Shown here: positions 1 to 8,894 of the stretch, piece after piece | Layout: each line of letters begins with the position of its first letter | How positions within the stretch are numbered: the first letter of the stretch is position 1 | IMG/VR virus record: IMGVR_UViG_2639762960_000007 | From: a virus | Taxonomy: Duplodnaviria; Heunggongvirae; Uroviricota; Caudoviricetes | Direction: 5' to 3' (one strand) | Length of the DNA: 38,405 bases | Notes under the pieces: model-generated | What the model saw: the letters and a program-made list of their open reading frames with translations, nothing else | Told to the model about the DNA's origin: nothing | Database searches by the model: none | Translations under genes and position numbers: made by a program

Positions 1-642
1 TTATTTATTGGCTACTGCATCAATACTTAAACTTTCAACGGAGACACCTTTGGTTTCAATTCCAATGGTGGCGATAGCAATTGCGACAATAATTGAAACA
101 GCCCCCAGAAGAATAAAGACTCCCGTTACGCCATAACTACTGAGCAGCACTGCAACGGCATAAGGCGCGGCAATACCACTGATTCGCCCTACCGCATTCG
201 CCAGACCGGAGCCACGGAGTTTGGCCTCTGTTGGCCAGATCTCAGGGACATACACTGCCGAGGCATAGCAAACGTACATATAGACGAAAGTAATCAGGAA
301 GAAACCAATCAGCGTTATGAGCAACATACTGGTTTGCAGTGAATAGATATATCCGAGCACCGCAATCAGGATTAATAGCCCCATCCCCATTGTTTTACGC
401 GGAATTTTATCCATCACCAGCATGGCAATAAAAATACCAAATGGCGCGCCAAACATACTCATGGTATTTAAAACAATCGAGTCTTTTAAATTAATTCCCT
501 GGGTCATGAATATCGTTGGCAACCAGTTAATTAGTGTGTACTGCACAACGTTCATGGCAATCAGCACACAAGAGCCTAATATCACGCGTTTCAGTGATGC
601 GCCGCGCGATAAATGCACTCTATCTTGTGCGATAAATGGCAT
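1..642 (-). CDS. MFS-family transporter, C-terminal half only (5'-truncated; probably a host gene interrupted by the prophage)
   Basis: Stop TAA at 1..3 (tta on plus strand). The 213-aa translation is about six hydrophobic helices, typical of the second half of a 12-TM MFS permease. An in-frame stop lies a few codons upstream of the first Met, so the N-terminal half is absent here. Confidence 0.6.
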   Translation of the reverse strand: MPFIAQDRVHLSRGASLKRVILGSCVLIAMNVVQYTLINWLPTIFMTQGINLKDSIVLNTMSMFGAPFGIFIAMLVMDKIPRKTMGMGLLILIAVLGYIYSLQTSMLLITLIGFFLITFVYMYVCYASAVYVPEIWPTEAKLRGSGLANAVGRISGIAAPYAVAVLLSSYGVTGVFILLGAVSIIVAIAIATIGIETKGVSVESLSIDAVANK

Positions 643-672
643 CCACGCGGCGTTTCATTATTTGAAAAAGAA

Positions 673-1245
673 TTACATTTCAGGTTGCGTTATGACAGTC
701 CCAACAGGGTGATAGCGGTAGATCGTTGACAGTCCAATATCATAGATAATTGCCAGCCGCTTTCTGTCATACCCTTTCTGGAGCAATCTTGCGATCTGCT
801 CATGCTGCTCCTTCGTCAGTTTCGGGCGACGTCCTCCAACTCTTCCTTGTGCTCGCGCAGCAGCCAGTCCTGCCAGCGTGCGCTCAACTATCAGTTCACG
901 CTCCATTTCTGCCAGTGCACCCATCATATGAAAAAAGAACCTTCCCATCGGAGTGCTGGTATCGATTGAATCCGTCAGACTGCGAAAATTGACACCTTTT
1001 GCGCGTAGCTCTTCTGTGAGAGCAATGAGGTGTTTCATTCTTCTACCCAACCGATCCAGCTTCCAGACCACCAATGTATCCCCTCTTTTAAGGCACTTTA
1101 AAGCGCGTTTCAGGCCTGGTCGTTCCGACTTGGTTCCGCTCATTTTGTCCTCAAAAATCTGTTCACATCCTGCGCACATTAATGCATTGCGTTGCAAATC
1201 TGTGTTTTGGTCATTTGTTGACACACGTATGTAGCCAATCAGCAT
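673..1245 (-). CDS. gin: Serine-recombinase DNA invertase (Gin/Pin/Hin/Cin family)
   Basis: ATG at 1243..1245 gives 190 aa starting MLIGYIRVSTNDQ (catalytic Ser motif) with a C-terminal HTH (RKRLAIIYDIGLSTIYRY). The longer track ORF starts at a non-ATG codon upstream. It lies next to the tail-fibre inverted repeats. Confidence 0.9.
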   Translation of the reverse strand: MLIGYIRVSTNDQNTDLQRNALMCAGCEQIFEDKMSGTKSERPGLKRALKCLKRGDTLVVWKLDRLGRRMKHLIALTEELRAKGVNFRSLTDSIDTSTPMGRFFFHMMGALAEMERELIVERTLAGLAAARAQGRVGGRRPKLTKEQHEQIARLLQKGYDRKRLAIIYDIGLSTIYRYHPVGTVITQPEM

Positions 1246-1311
1246 TAAAAATACTCCCTTTTGAGTGGTTAAAGTACTGAGATAATGTGGGGAGGATTTG
1301 AGAGATAAACG

Positions 1312-1510
1312 TTGGTTTGGGGGAAGGCTCTGCATTGCCTGTTGGTGTACCGGTTCCATGGCCCACCGCCACACCGCCAGCAGGCTGGTTAAAGTGCGAC
1401 GGGCGCGCCTTTACAAAAGAACAATATCCTGTTCTGGCCAGAGTCTACCCGACCCTCCGTCTTCCTGATTTACGCGGTGAGTTTATCCGTGGATGGGACG
1501 ACGGGCGCAA
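1312..1510 (+). repeat. Left arm of a ~199-bp inverted repeat flanking the invertible tail-fibre segment
   Basis: Sequence from ttggtttgggggaaggctctgcattgcc to gggacgacgggcgcaa matches the reverse complement of about 2730..2928; verified by eye over the ends and several internal blocks. Confidence 0.85.
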
Positions 1511-1829
1511 AGTTGATACAGGACGTAAGTTGCTGTCCGCACAAGGGGCAACGCTGTTAAGAACAGCAATGCTGGATTATTATAACCAGGACACTACGGG
1601 AACCTCGGGGATAGTCGGCATGGGATTCAACAATGAAGATTCCATTACAGACCTTCGTGAGGGCAGCTTTAAAATGCCGGACGGGACAACATTCAGCGAT
1701 CCTGTCATGGCAATGTCAGACAATGGTATGCAGGCTACTATTCTGACCTCTATCAGAAGCGGGTATGCGAAGGGTATCACTGTCAGACCCCGTAGCATTG
1801 CACTTAATTACATTGTGAGGGCAGTTTAA
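1317..1829 (+). other. Silent alternative tail-fibre C-terminal cassette (Sv'-like); no ATG, would be fused to the fibre gene after inversion
   Basis: Frame opens at TTG inside the inverted repeat. The first ~63 aa are identical to an internal stretch of the fibre (GEGSALPVGVPVPWPTATPPAGWLKCDGRAF...GWDDGRK), followed by a divergent 106-aa tail ending NYIVRAV (the expressed copy ends NYIVRAA). Confidence 0.7.
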
Positions 1830-2443
1830 TGAGTAACACTGCAGTTCTGGATGAAAACGGTATCGCCACTGTAGCGGGCGATATCACTGTATATCACTAT
1901 GACGAGGAAACCCGGGAATACACCTCATCCTCTGTGGAGTATCTCGCCCTTGGGGTGGGTACTCCGGCACATTCGTGCGCCGATGCACCGCCGGAGGCAA
2001 TTTCGGGTTACGTGGTTTGTCGGACTGCCACGCTGAACGGGTGGGAGCATGTGCCTGATCACCGCGGCGAGACGGTATACAGCACGGAGAACGGTAACCC
2101 CGTTCTGATTACCCAACCGGGTGATTACCCGGCGGACACCACCACAAAACAGCCGGCCACGCCATGGGATACCTGGAACGGTGAGGCGTGGGTAACCGAT
2201 ACTGAACGGCAGCGAGCCGCAGAACTGGAGGTTGCCAGACAGCAACGCCAGCAACGGGTGAAACAGGCGATGGCGTCCGTCGATCTTATCAACCTCAAAC
2301 TGCGGGCAGGTCGCAGTCTGACACCAGAAGAAACGGCAAAACTGAACGCCGTGCTGGATTATATCGACGAGCTGAACGCACTGGATATCAGCACGGCACC
2401 TGAAATCAGCTGGCCGGAAGCGCCACTGGCACTTGCCAGCTGA
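1829..2443 (+). CDS. Tail fibre assembly (chaperone) protein, Tfa / Mu U-like
   Basis: ATG at 1829 overlaps the TAA of the upstream cassette, with GAGG upstream. 204 aa with the typical Tfa C-terminal region (AKLNAVLDYIDELNALDISTAPEISWPEAP). Confidence 0.75.
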   Translation: MSNTAVLDENGIATVAGDITVYHYDEETREYTSSSVEYLALGVGTPAHSCADAPPEAISGYVVCRTATLNGWEHVPDHRGETVYSTENGNPVLITQPGDYPADTTTKQPATPWDTWNGEAWVTDTERQRAAELEVARQQRQQRVKQAMASVDLINLKLRAGRSLTPEETAKLNAVLDYIDELNALDISTAPEISWPEAPLALAS

Positions 2444-2449
2444 ACGGTA

Positions 2450-4042
2450 TCACGCCGCCCTCACGATATAGTTAAACGCGATATTGCGGGGGCGGGTTAT
2501 GTTAAAGAATGCTCCGTTTAATTCGGCTTTTGCGCGACTGTTTGTTCCACCCAGAATTGCGTACCACAAATAATCGCTACGGTAATTCCCCGCAAACACC
2601 TTATCGCCGCCATAGTCAATATTATTTCCGTTACTCATGTACGAGATATCCAGCGAAGAATCGTTATCGTCATGACCGCCGACCAGTGTACCTTTCTGCC
2701 ATGAAAGCAACTTACGCCCCTCGTCAATCTTGCGCCCGTCGTCCCATCCACGGATAAACTCACCGCGTAAATCAGGAAGACGGAGGGTCGGGTAGACTCT
2801 GGCCAGAACAGGATATTGTTCTTTTGTAAAGGCGCGCCCGTCGCACTTTAACCAGCCTGCTGGCGGTGTGGCGGTGGGCCATGGAACCGGTACACCAACA
2901 GGCAATGCAGAGCCTTCCCCCAAACCAAGGTAATTGAGGACATCTTTTATACTGCCCTTAGCGATAATCGCGCGACCAATAGCTGTAAGGGTTGCCAGCG
3001 CTGCGCGGTCTGCTCCGGTAAAATAAGGCAACCGATCTGCTGCAGTGGCAAGTCCTGCGAGAGCAGTGAGCGTGGCATCTGCCGGTTGTTTTCCGTTTGC
3101 CAGATCGTATGCAGCCTTGACCGCTTTCGGTGTGGCGGCCAGTATTTCAGACGTGCTGTTGATGGCACTGCTCAGTTGTACGGTGCCTTTTGCCGTCAGC
3201 GAGGCAGCAGGCACTCCCGTTATCTGACTCCACGGGTGAGTGTGGCTGACGGGCGCCTTGCCGGCTGCAAGGTCGTATGCAGCCTTGACCGCCTTCGGCG
3301 TGGCAGCCTCAGTTTCTGATTGACTGTCCGTGGCGCTGCTCAGTTGTACGGTGCCTTTTGCCGTCAGTGAAGCCGCAGGCACTCCCGTTATCTGACTCCA
3401 CGGGTGAGTGTGGCTGGCAGGCGCCTTGCCGGCTGCCAGGTCGTATGCAGCCTTGACCGCTTTCGGTGTGGCGGCCAGCGTTTCAGACGTGCTGTTGATG
3501 GCACTGCTCAGTTGTACGATCCCTTTACGGGTCGTTGTTGCATCCTGGGCTGTGTATTTTCCCCGGGCCAGATCATACGCGATTTTCACAGCCTTCGGCG
3601 TGGCAGCCTCAGTTTCTGATTGACTGTCCGTGGCGCTGCTCAGTTGTACGGTGCCTTTTGCCGTCAGTGAAGCCGCAGGCACTCCCGTTATCTGACTCCA
3701 CGGGTGAGTGTGGCTGGCAGGCGCCTTGCCGGCTGCCAGGTCGTATGCAGCCTTGACCGCTTTTGGTGTGGCGGCCAGCGTTTCAGAGGTGCTGTTGGTG
3801 GCACTGCTCAGTTGGGTGAACCCCTTAGCTGTCAGTGTCGCGTCCGGGTGGTTACGGGAACGTACGTGTTCAGCCAGTGACTGTGCGGCTTCCTCCGTTT
3901 TCTTCTTCAGCCATTTCGTCCTGTTTGCCAGTTGCCGGGGGGCTCGATTTGATATCCCGTCTGCACCACCCAGAACCGGATCTGATGTCTCCAGTTGATA
4001 GATATTTTCTTCCCACTTTTCTGTTTCATTCAGGTTTCCCAT
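2450..4042 (-). CDS. Tail fibre protein with tandem phage-fibre repeats; C-terminal ~93 aa lie inside the invertible segment
   Basis: ATG at 4040..4042 (the track start at 4048 is TTG); the upstream gene's TGA sits at 4045..4047. Repeated SHTHPWSQITGVPAASLTAKGTVQLSSAT..ATPKAVKAAYDLA units are fibre-repeat-like. Lies directly downstream of the baseplate J/I genes. Confidence 0.85.
   Translation of the reverse strand: MGNLNETEKWEENIYQLETSDPVLGGADGISNRAPRQLANRTKWLKKKTEEAAQSLAEHVRSRNHPDATLTAKGFTQLSSATNSTSETLAATPKAVKAAYDLAAGKAPASHTHPWSQITGVPAASLTAKGTVQLSSATDSQSETEAATPKAVKIAYDLARGKYTAQDATTTRKGIVQLSSAINSTSETLAATPKAVKAAYDLAAGKAPASHTHPWSQITGVPAASLTAKGTVQLSSATDSQSETEAATPKAVKAAYDLAAGKAPVSHTHPWSQITGVPAASLTAKGTVQLSSAINSTSEILAATPKAVKAAYDLANGKQPADATLTALAGLATAADRLPYFTGADRAALATLTAIGRAIIAKGSIKDVLNYLGLGEGSALPVGVPVPWPTATPPAGWLKCDGRAFTKEQYPVLARVYPTLRLPDLRGEFIRGWDDGRKIDEGRKLLSWQKGTLVGGHDDNDSSLDISYMSNGNNIDYGGDKVFAGNYRSDYLWYAILGGTNSRAKAELNGAFFNITRPRNIAFNYIVRAA
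2730..2928 (-). repeat. Right arm of the ~199-bp inverted repeat (inside the tail-fibre coding sequence)
   Basis: Reverse complement matches 1312..1510. Confidence 0.85.
3050..3870 (-). repeat. Tandem near-identical coding repeats inside the tail-fibre gene
   Basis: Blocks such as ccgtcagtgaagccgcaggcactcccgttatctgactccacgggtgagtgtggctggcag recur at about 3361 and 3661 (300 bp apart), with a related copy near 3210. Confidence 0.8.
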
Positions 4043-4044
4043 AA

Positions 4045-4623
4045 TCAACTGCTCCCGTGGTTATAACTGCCATCATGGATGGCGGTATTGTTATAGCGAA
4101 TGGCCACAGACTGATACTCCAGGCTGGCCAGATGGCAGCGGGCCGGTGCAAATGCAGCCAGCGTCTGACGCAGCATCGCGGCCTGATCGTTAGTAATGGG
4201 CTGTTTCAGAATAACGCGATAAACTGCCCAGGCGGCTGCATCTCCATGAACAAACAGTCCGTTATAGCTGCGATTGCCGTCGTAACTGAGACGACCTGTG
4301 CCTTCAATCAGATCCACTTCACCAAAGCCAAAACGGCGGATAACTTCCCGGATTGACCACGGCGTCCCTTTATACCGGTGCAGTTCGATGGCTGCTTTTA
4401 TAAGCATGCGGCGAACATCGTCCGATTCCGCCAGCTCCCAGCCATCGCCAGACAGTGAGAACTGCTCGCCCAGCCATGGCAGCGCGGAACTGTCGACGAT
4501 ATCGACGAGAAAGACCATCAGTACGCTCAGGTCGATGTTATCCAGCCGTCCTGCCAGTCTTCCCAGCGTCCTGAGACTGATATCACCCTCAAGCGGTGGC
4601 GGGAGTTGTAATGGCTCAGTCAT
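4045..4623 (-). CDS. Baseplate protein, P2 gpI-like
   Basis: ATG at 4621..4623 (track start at 4635 is GTG). Placed between the J-like gene and the fibre gene; translationally coupled to both neighbours. Confidence 0.65.
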   Translation of the reverse strand: MTEPLQLPPPLEGDISLRTLGRLAGRLDNIDLSVLMVFLVDIVDSSALPWLGEQFSLSGDGWELAESDDVRRMLIKAAIELHRYKGTPWSIREVIRRFGFGEVDLIEGTGRLSYDGNRSYNGLFVHGDAAAWAVYRVILKQPITNDQAAMLRQTLAAFAPARCHLASLEYQSVAIRYNNTAIHDGSYNHGSS

Positions 4624-5719
4624 CAGACACTCCACTCATGTTAAGTGTGATCGCCGTACAGTTTGCCCATTCGTTTTCTGCCACCACCCTCAGTGCCGGT
4701 GTCACCAGTTCAACCTGGTACACCCCGGAAACGGACAATGCACTGATAATCTGGCTGGGGACAATATCACGCCCCAGCGTGGCGGCACGTGATGCCACCC
4801 AGTTCTGTATGGCGCTGTTAGCGGCATCTTTTACAGACCTGGCATCCTGATCACGATAGATCGTAATCCTGGCTTCAATGGTGTAATCCACCTTCACTGG
4901 TGTTTTAGCCCGCACTGTATCAGTGAGTGGCCTGACTTTCTCATCAGAGCAGAAACTCTCTACCAGCGTGAGAACACCGCCGTCCGGCAGACCGGTACTG
5001 AGCAGCGGATACAGATCTACGGTCCCGGGAACCGGGGAAAGCACAGCAACATCGACAATGTTGGGATGGGCCTGCATGGCATGAAAGCGGTATGCGCCAC
5101 GGCTTCCGGCATTGGTGAATGACTCCGGGGCCAGCCTGATACGCTCCCGGAGCCTGTCATCGTCTTCCTGTTCTGAACCGCCGGAACTGGCCGTCAGATT
5201 GCTCACCAGCAGGTCGACGTTATCAATCTCATCGAGTAACTGACTGACCTGCGCAGGTTGCCAGCCGTTACCAGCGGTACCGGGTTCGGTACAGGTGGAC
5301 GTGACATTGACCAGCAGCAATCCGGCCTTCAGTACCACATCTGTATCGGTGGCAAAAATAACGCTGTCGGAAGCGCTGACGCGGGTGCCTGCCGGGATCA
5401 GCACATCAATGGCCAGTGCCTCATCTACGGAGAACTGGAGCGTGGTAGTGGCAGGCTGCGCGGCAAGACGGTATACACCGACCAGTTCACCGAGGTAATC
5501 AATCATCGGCTCACGGGCAAAGGCGACCAGATTCTGCTTTGCTGCCTCCTGTACCGCAACCCTGACCAGCATTTCGCGATAGGCCCACAGATCAATCAGC
5601 AGACGCTCTGCCTGTGCCGGGTACAGCGTTTTGCCGGTATCCGCTTCATACTTCGCAATCATTTCTGCCGTGATTTTGTCGGCATCGCGTTCAATAAAAT
5701 CGGGTTCTGTCAGCGCCAT
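4616..5719 (-). CDS. Baseplate wedge protein, P2 gpJ-like
   Basis: 367 aa; ATG at 5717..5719; order W-J-I-fibre as in P2-type baseplates. Confidence 0.8.
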   Translation of the reverse strand: MALTEPDFIERDADKITAEMIAKYEADTGKTLYPAQAERLLIDLWAYREMLVRVAVQEAAKQNLVAFAREPMIDYLGELVGVYRLAAQPATTTLQFSVDEALAIDVLIPAGTRVSASDSVIFATDTDVVLKAGLLLVNVTSTCTEPGTAGNGWQPAQVSQLLDEIDNVDLLVSNLTASSGGSEQEDDDRLRERIRLAPESFTNAGSRGAYRFHAMQAHPNIVDVAVLSPVPGTVDLYPLLSTGLPDGGVLTLVESFCSDEKVRPLTDTVRAKTPVKVDYTIEARITIYRDQDARSVKDAANSAIQNWVASRAATLGRDIVPSQIISALSVSGVYQVELVTPALRVVAENEWANCTAITLNMSGVSDD

Positions 5720-6057
5720 AGCAGCTCCTGAGTCCGGGTCTGTCCGTCTGAGCCTTTCCAGCTCACCCGGAGCGTAAGATGTTCGCCGTCGACGGCGGGT
5801 TTAACTGACATAAGCTGGCAGCGGGGCTCCCAGCGCCGGATGGCATCGACGGATTCGCGAACCACATGCGGAATGGCCCGGTCGACAGGCCAGTCGATAT
5901 AAAGGTGCAGATTGCTGCCGAACTCCGGGCGATGCGGGTCGCTGCCGCGGGGAGTCCGCAGGATGATTTGGATGGACTGCCGGATATCATCCAGCCCCCT
6001 GACGATTTCGCCGGAAGCCTGCAGAGCTGGTTGCCAGAATACTGAGGTCGTTTTCAT
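5710..6057 (-). CDS. Baseplate protein, P2 gpW / T4 gp25-like
   Basis: 115 aa; ATG at 6055..6057; position between V-like and J-like genes. Confidence 0.75.
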   Translation of the reverse strand: MKTTSVFWQPALQASGEIVRGLDDIRQSIQIILRTPRGSDPHRPEFGSNLHLYIDWPVDRAIPHVVRESVDAIRRWEPRCQLMSVKPAVDGEHLTLRVSWKGSDGQTRTQELLWR

Positions 6058-6113
6058 GGAGGCAGTATTGCCCCCGGGAAGTAAGCGCCGATATTAAAGG
6101 CGTTTAAGAAGGT

Positions 6114-6641
6114 TCAATGGGAATGGTGATTAGAGTTCTGACCATCGGCAAATATGTCACCCGTTGCATGGGCGCTTCCGTTGATTTCCAGATCACCGTT
6201 GAGTGTCGCGTTGCCGTTGATTGTGGTAACTCCCGTGAGGTCAATGCTTTTCCCTTCCAGTGAGATATCGGCGGCAACCTCCACCACGATACGCTCAATA
6301 CCTCCTCTGACCGTCAGCGTATGGGTCGCGCGGTTATAACTGAACTCCGCGCCATCAGCGTACTTCGTGCCCCGGACGTTTTTATCACTGAACGGTGGTT
6401 TATCGACGTCTGAATACACCGCGCCCAGAATAACACCATCCTCGCCGTTGGCATCGAGCAGCACCTCAACCTGCTCCCCCACGTCAGGGAGCCAGTAATC
6501 TTTGTTATCCTGGGTATTGCGCTGCAGCACGTTAAGCCAGTTTGTGCGCAGGTTATCGCATTCAGGCAGACGAACGCGGGCCTGAACCCTGTCGGCATCA
6601 ACGGCACTGACCGTACCGACCTGACGAGTGACACCAGTCAT
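6114..6641 (-). CDS. Baseplate spike/assembly protein, P2 gpV-like
   Basis: 175 aa; ATG at 6639..6641 overlapping the upstream gene's stop; Gly/Asp-rich C-terminus with His-rich tip typical of V-type spikes. Confidence 0.75.
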   Translation of the reverse strand: MTGVTRQVGTVSAVDADRVQARVRLPECDNLRTNWLNVLQRNTQDNKDYWLPDVGEQVEVLLDANGEDGVILGAVYSDVDKPPFSDKNVRGTKYADGAEFSYNRATHTLTVRGGIERIVVEVAADISLEGKSIDLTGVTTINGNATLNGDLEINGSAHATGDIFADGQNSNHHSH

Positions 6642-7810
6642 TTTTTCTTCTCTCTTATTACTGTGGACGTGCTGCCGTCCGGTTTATAGATGGTCAGCGT
6701 CCGGGTTTTGCCGGTTTTTTTACCTTTCTTCGCCTTGCCCTGTGTGACCGGCCCCCGTGCCACTTCCAGCTCTGTGGTGTAGCCGCTGTTACGCTCAAAC
6801 GCATGGAGGGCAGTGGTTATGAGCCATGGCCCGGATAACTGCCCAAAACCCACCAGTTCAATTTTGTTGCCTGCTGTCAGTTGAGGTGTTCCCGTCAGCG
6901 TCAGGGAGCCGTTCTGCTGGTATTCGTTATGTCTGGCCAGTGCTGAATCCGCTTTAATCCGGGCACTGTCCGGGTCGCTGACGCGGCTGTTAACTTTAAG
7001 TGAGTCAGCGCTGGTAACCTTACCACCTTTGAGCTTTTTGTCGCTTTCACGGGTACCACCATCAGCTTCGTAGACGATCAGTTTTTTACTGCTGCTTTTC
7101 TGGTGTTTTACCTTTGCAGATTTATAGACCCGGTTGATGGTGTCACGCAGGGAAAAGCGGGCCACATCCTGCGGTTTTAACTGCCTGACCGGCTCCTGAC
7201 TGCGCAGTGTGGCCAGATGAGAAAAAATCAGCTGGTCACTGACCACTTTCACTGCATAACCATACTCGCTGGCCAGCCGGCGCAGAAAACCCACGTCGGT
7301 TTCAGCATACTGGGTCACCCGGTCGATTCTGATGGACTCAATGCTGCCCACCAGTTTCAGTCGGTGCTTTCTGGCAATCCGCCCCGCAACAGCTGCCAGC
7401 GTGGTGTTCTCAAAACCACGACTGGTTTTAGTCCGCAGGGCACTGTTAACCGAGGTGGCCACCCCACGGATAGAAACAACGGAAGCGGGCGAACTCACTT
7501 CGATCTCGTCTATAGAGAACGTACCGCAGGACAGCAGCTTCTCGCCCTGATAGCCCATTTTCAGCGTCAGCGTGTCACCCTTGCCCGGATACCATTTATC
7601 CAGCCAGCGGCCATCGGTGTCGTCCAGCTCCACCTCAATGGTATCGGACTCATTTTTGATGTTATCGCTCCAGGTCACACGGGTGACATAAGGCGCGATA
7701 TCAGAGGTGATGTTTTTCTGCAGATACCACAAAGTGAACACCGGTGTCAGCACATCGCTGACGCCGGTTAACGCTGATGTGACTTGCGCAGTGCTGTTTA
7801 TCTCAGCCAT
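6638..7810 (-). CDS. Tail protein, P2 gpD-like (late control D family)
   Basis: 390 aa; ATG at 7808..7810; follows X and U as in P2/Mu-like tails; Lys-rich C-terminus. Confidence 0.75.
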   Translation of the reverse strand: MAEINSTAQVTSALTGVSDVLTPVFTLWYLQKNITSDIAPYVTRVTWSDNIKNESDTIEVELDDTDGRWLDKWYPGKGDTLTLKMGYQGEKLLSCGTFSIDEIEVSSPASVVSIRGVATSVNSALRTKTSRGFENTTLAAVAGRIARKHRLKLVGSIESIRIDRVTQYAETDVGFLRRLASEYGYAVKVVSDQLIFSHLATLRSQEPVRQLKPQDVARFSLRDTINRVYKSAKVKHQKSSSKKLIVYEADGGTRESDKKLKGGKVTSADSLKVNSRVSDPDSARIKADSALARHNEYQQNGSLTLTGTPQLTAGNKIELVGFGQLSGPWLITTALHAFERNSGYTTELEVARGPVTQGKAKKGKKTGKTRTLTIYKPDGSTSTVIREKKK

Positions 7811-8010
7811 GGGGCAATATCCTCTTCTGTACGGGCTTCTTCAGCCTCAATCACCGGGATCAGTAACAACAGCCCGGAGGGCAGCACCGGCGTGATGGCC
7901 ACGTGCGGATTGGCGGCAATAATCCGGGGATAGCCCAGCGGGTCGCCGTAGTACTGCCATGCCAGCGAATCCCAGCGCTCTCCGTCACGGGTAACATGTT
8001 CAAGAAACAT
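7798..8010 (-). CDS. Tail protein X-like
   Basis: About 70 aa; ATG at 8008..8010 (track start is GTG one codon upstream); ATGA overlap with the U-like gene. Confidence 0.65.
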   Translation of the reverse strand: MFLEHVTRDGERWDSLAWQYYGDPLGYPRIIAANPHVAITPVLPSGLLLLIPVIEAEEARTEEDIAPWLR

Positions 8011-8894
8011 CACACACTCCTCGTCAGTATTCTGGCGGCCATTGCACTTAATCCCGGAGACATGCGGTTGAATGCTGTGCCGGCGGCGTTAAGCTGCCCG
8101 GAAACGGTATCCAGAGCACCTGCAATATTTCTTTTGTCCACACCACTCAGCGCAGACTGTGCCTGCTGTACATACGTGACTGCTTCGCTGGCTGTTCTGG
8201 CCAGACTGATGGCATCGGGCATGGATTCAGAGAGTGCGTTAAACGCCGGAACACTTTTCCCCAGAGCCCCGGAGATATTACCCAGTCCGCTCATCAGCCC
8301 CGGCACACGGGTCAGTGCGACAACGGGGTTATCCTTCATTTTCTGTGTCACCCGAACGGCGCTGATAGTGGTCTGGAGTACAGACTGCGCCTGTTTCGCA
8401 TAGTTGACGCCGTTGCGGATGAACTGCGCCACCCCTGAAGGTGAAGGTATGGCACCGGAGACCGCCCCGACACCCGGGAGCTTCGTGCGTATTGCCGGTG
8501 GTTGCAGAGTATTTTTCGGGTCACCGGTGTATTCCCGGAGAGACACGGTGGCACTGACAGCCAGCACGTTGCCGGTACTGTCAGTCTGCTCGCTGGTTGC
8601 AGTCACATCGGTAATCACGAACCAGCCGCGATAGTCACCGTTGCCGAAGACCAGCGCCAGTGCCTGATGGGCTTTCATGGCTGTTCGCAGTCTCGCCAGC
8701 TCCACATCGGGTACACAATAATGCTGATGGAAAACCAGAGTTATCTGGATTTCGTCCAGCCTGTCGCCGACGAACTGCAGGCCAGGCTTACCCCCGATGC
8801 GGGCATGCTCCGCATAATCGACGCCGAACGTGGCCTCGAAGCCGTCCCAGTAGGTAATCAGCTCAAACTCAATATCACCCAGTACGGCAAACAT
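8010..8894 (-). CDS. Tail protein, P2 gpU-like
   Basis: 294 aa; ATG at 8892..8894; immediately downstream of the tape measure gene. Confidence 0.65.
   Translation of the reverse strand: MFAVLGDIEFELITYWDGFEATFGVDYAEHARIGGKPGLQFVGDRLDEIQITLVFHQHYCVPDVELARLRTAMKAHQALALVFGNGDYRGWFVITDVTATSEQTDSTGNVLAVSATVSLREYTGDPKNTLQPPAIRTKLPGVGAVSGAIPSPSGVAQFIRNGVNYAKQAQSVLQTTISAVRVTQKMKDNPVVALTRVPGLMSGLGNISGALGKSVPAFNALSESMPDAISLARTASEAVTYVQQAQSALSGVDKRNIAGALDTVSGQLNAAGTAFNRMSPGLSAMAARILTRSV

Noticed and set aside
643-1316. A mom-like DNA modification gene next to the invertase, as in Mu
   Set aside because: There is no room: the invertase occupies 673..1245 and is flanked by the inverted repeat and the transporter fragment. 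The only modification gene seen is the Dam-like methyltransferase at 25699..26469.
1925-2254. 109-aa minus-strand ORF inside the invertible segment; could have been a second chaperone
   Set aside because: Antisense to the Tfa gene, no Tfa-like sequence, Arg/Cys-rich. The segment therefore carries only one chaperone gene.
3045-4044. Cluster of 60-100-aa plus-strand ORFs with repeated peptide motifs
   Set aside because: Artefacts of the tandem repeats on the opposite strand of the tail-fibre gene.
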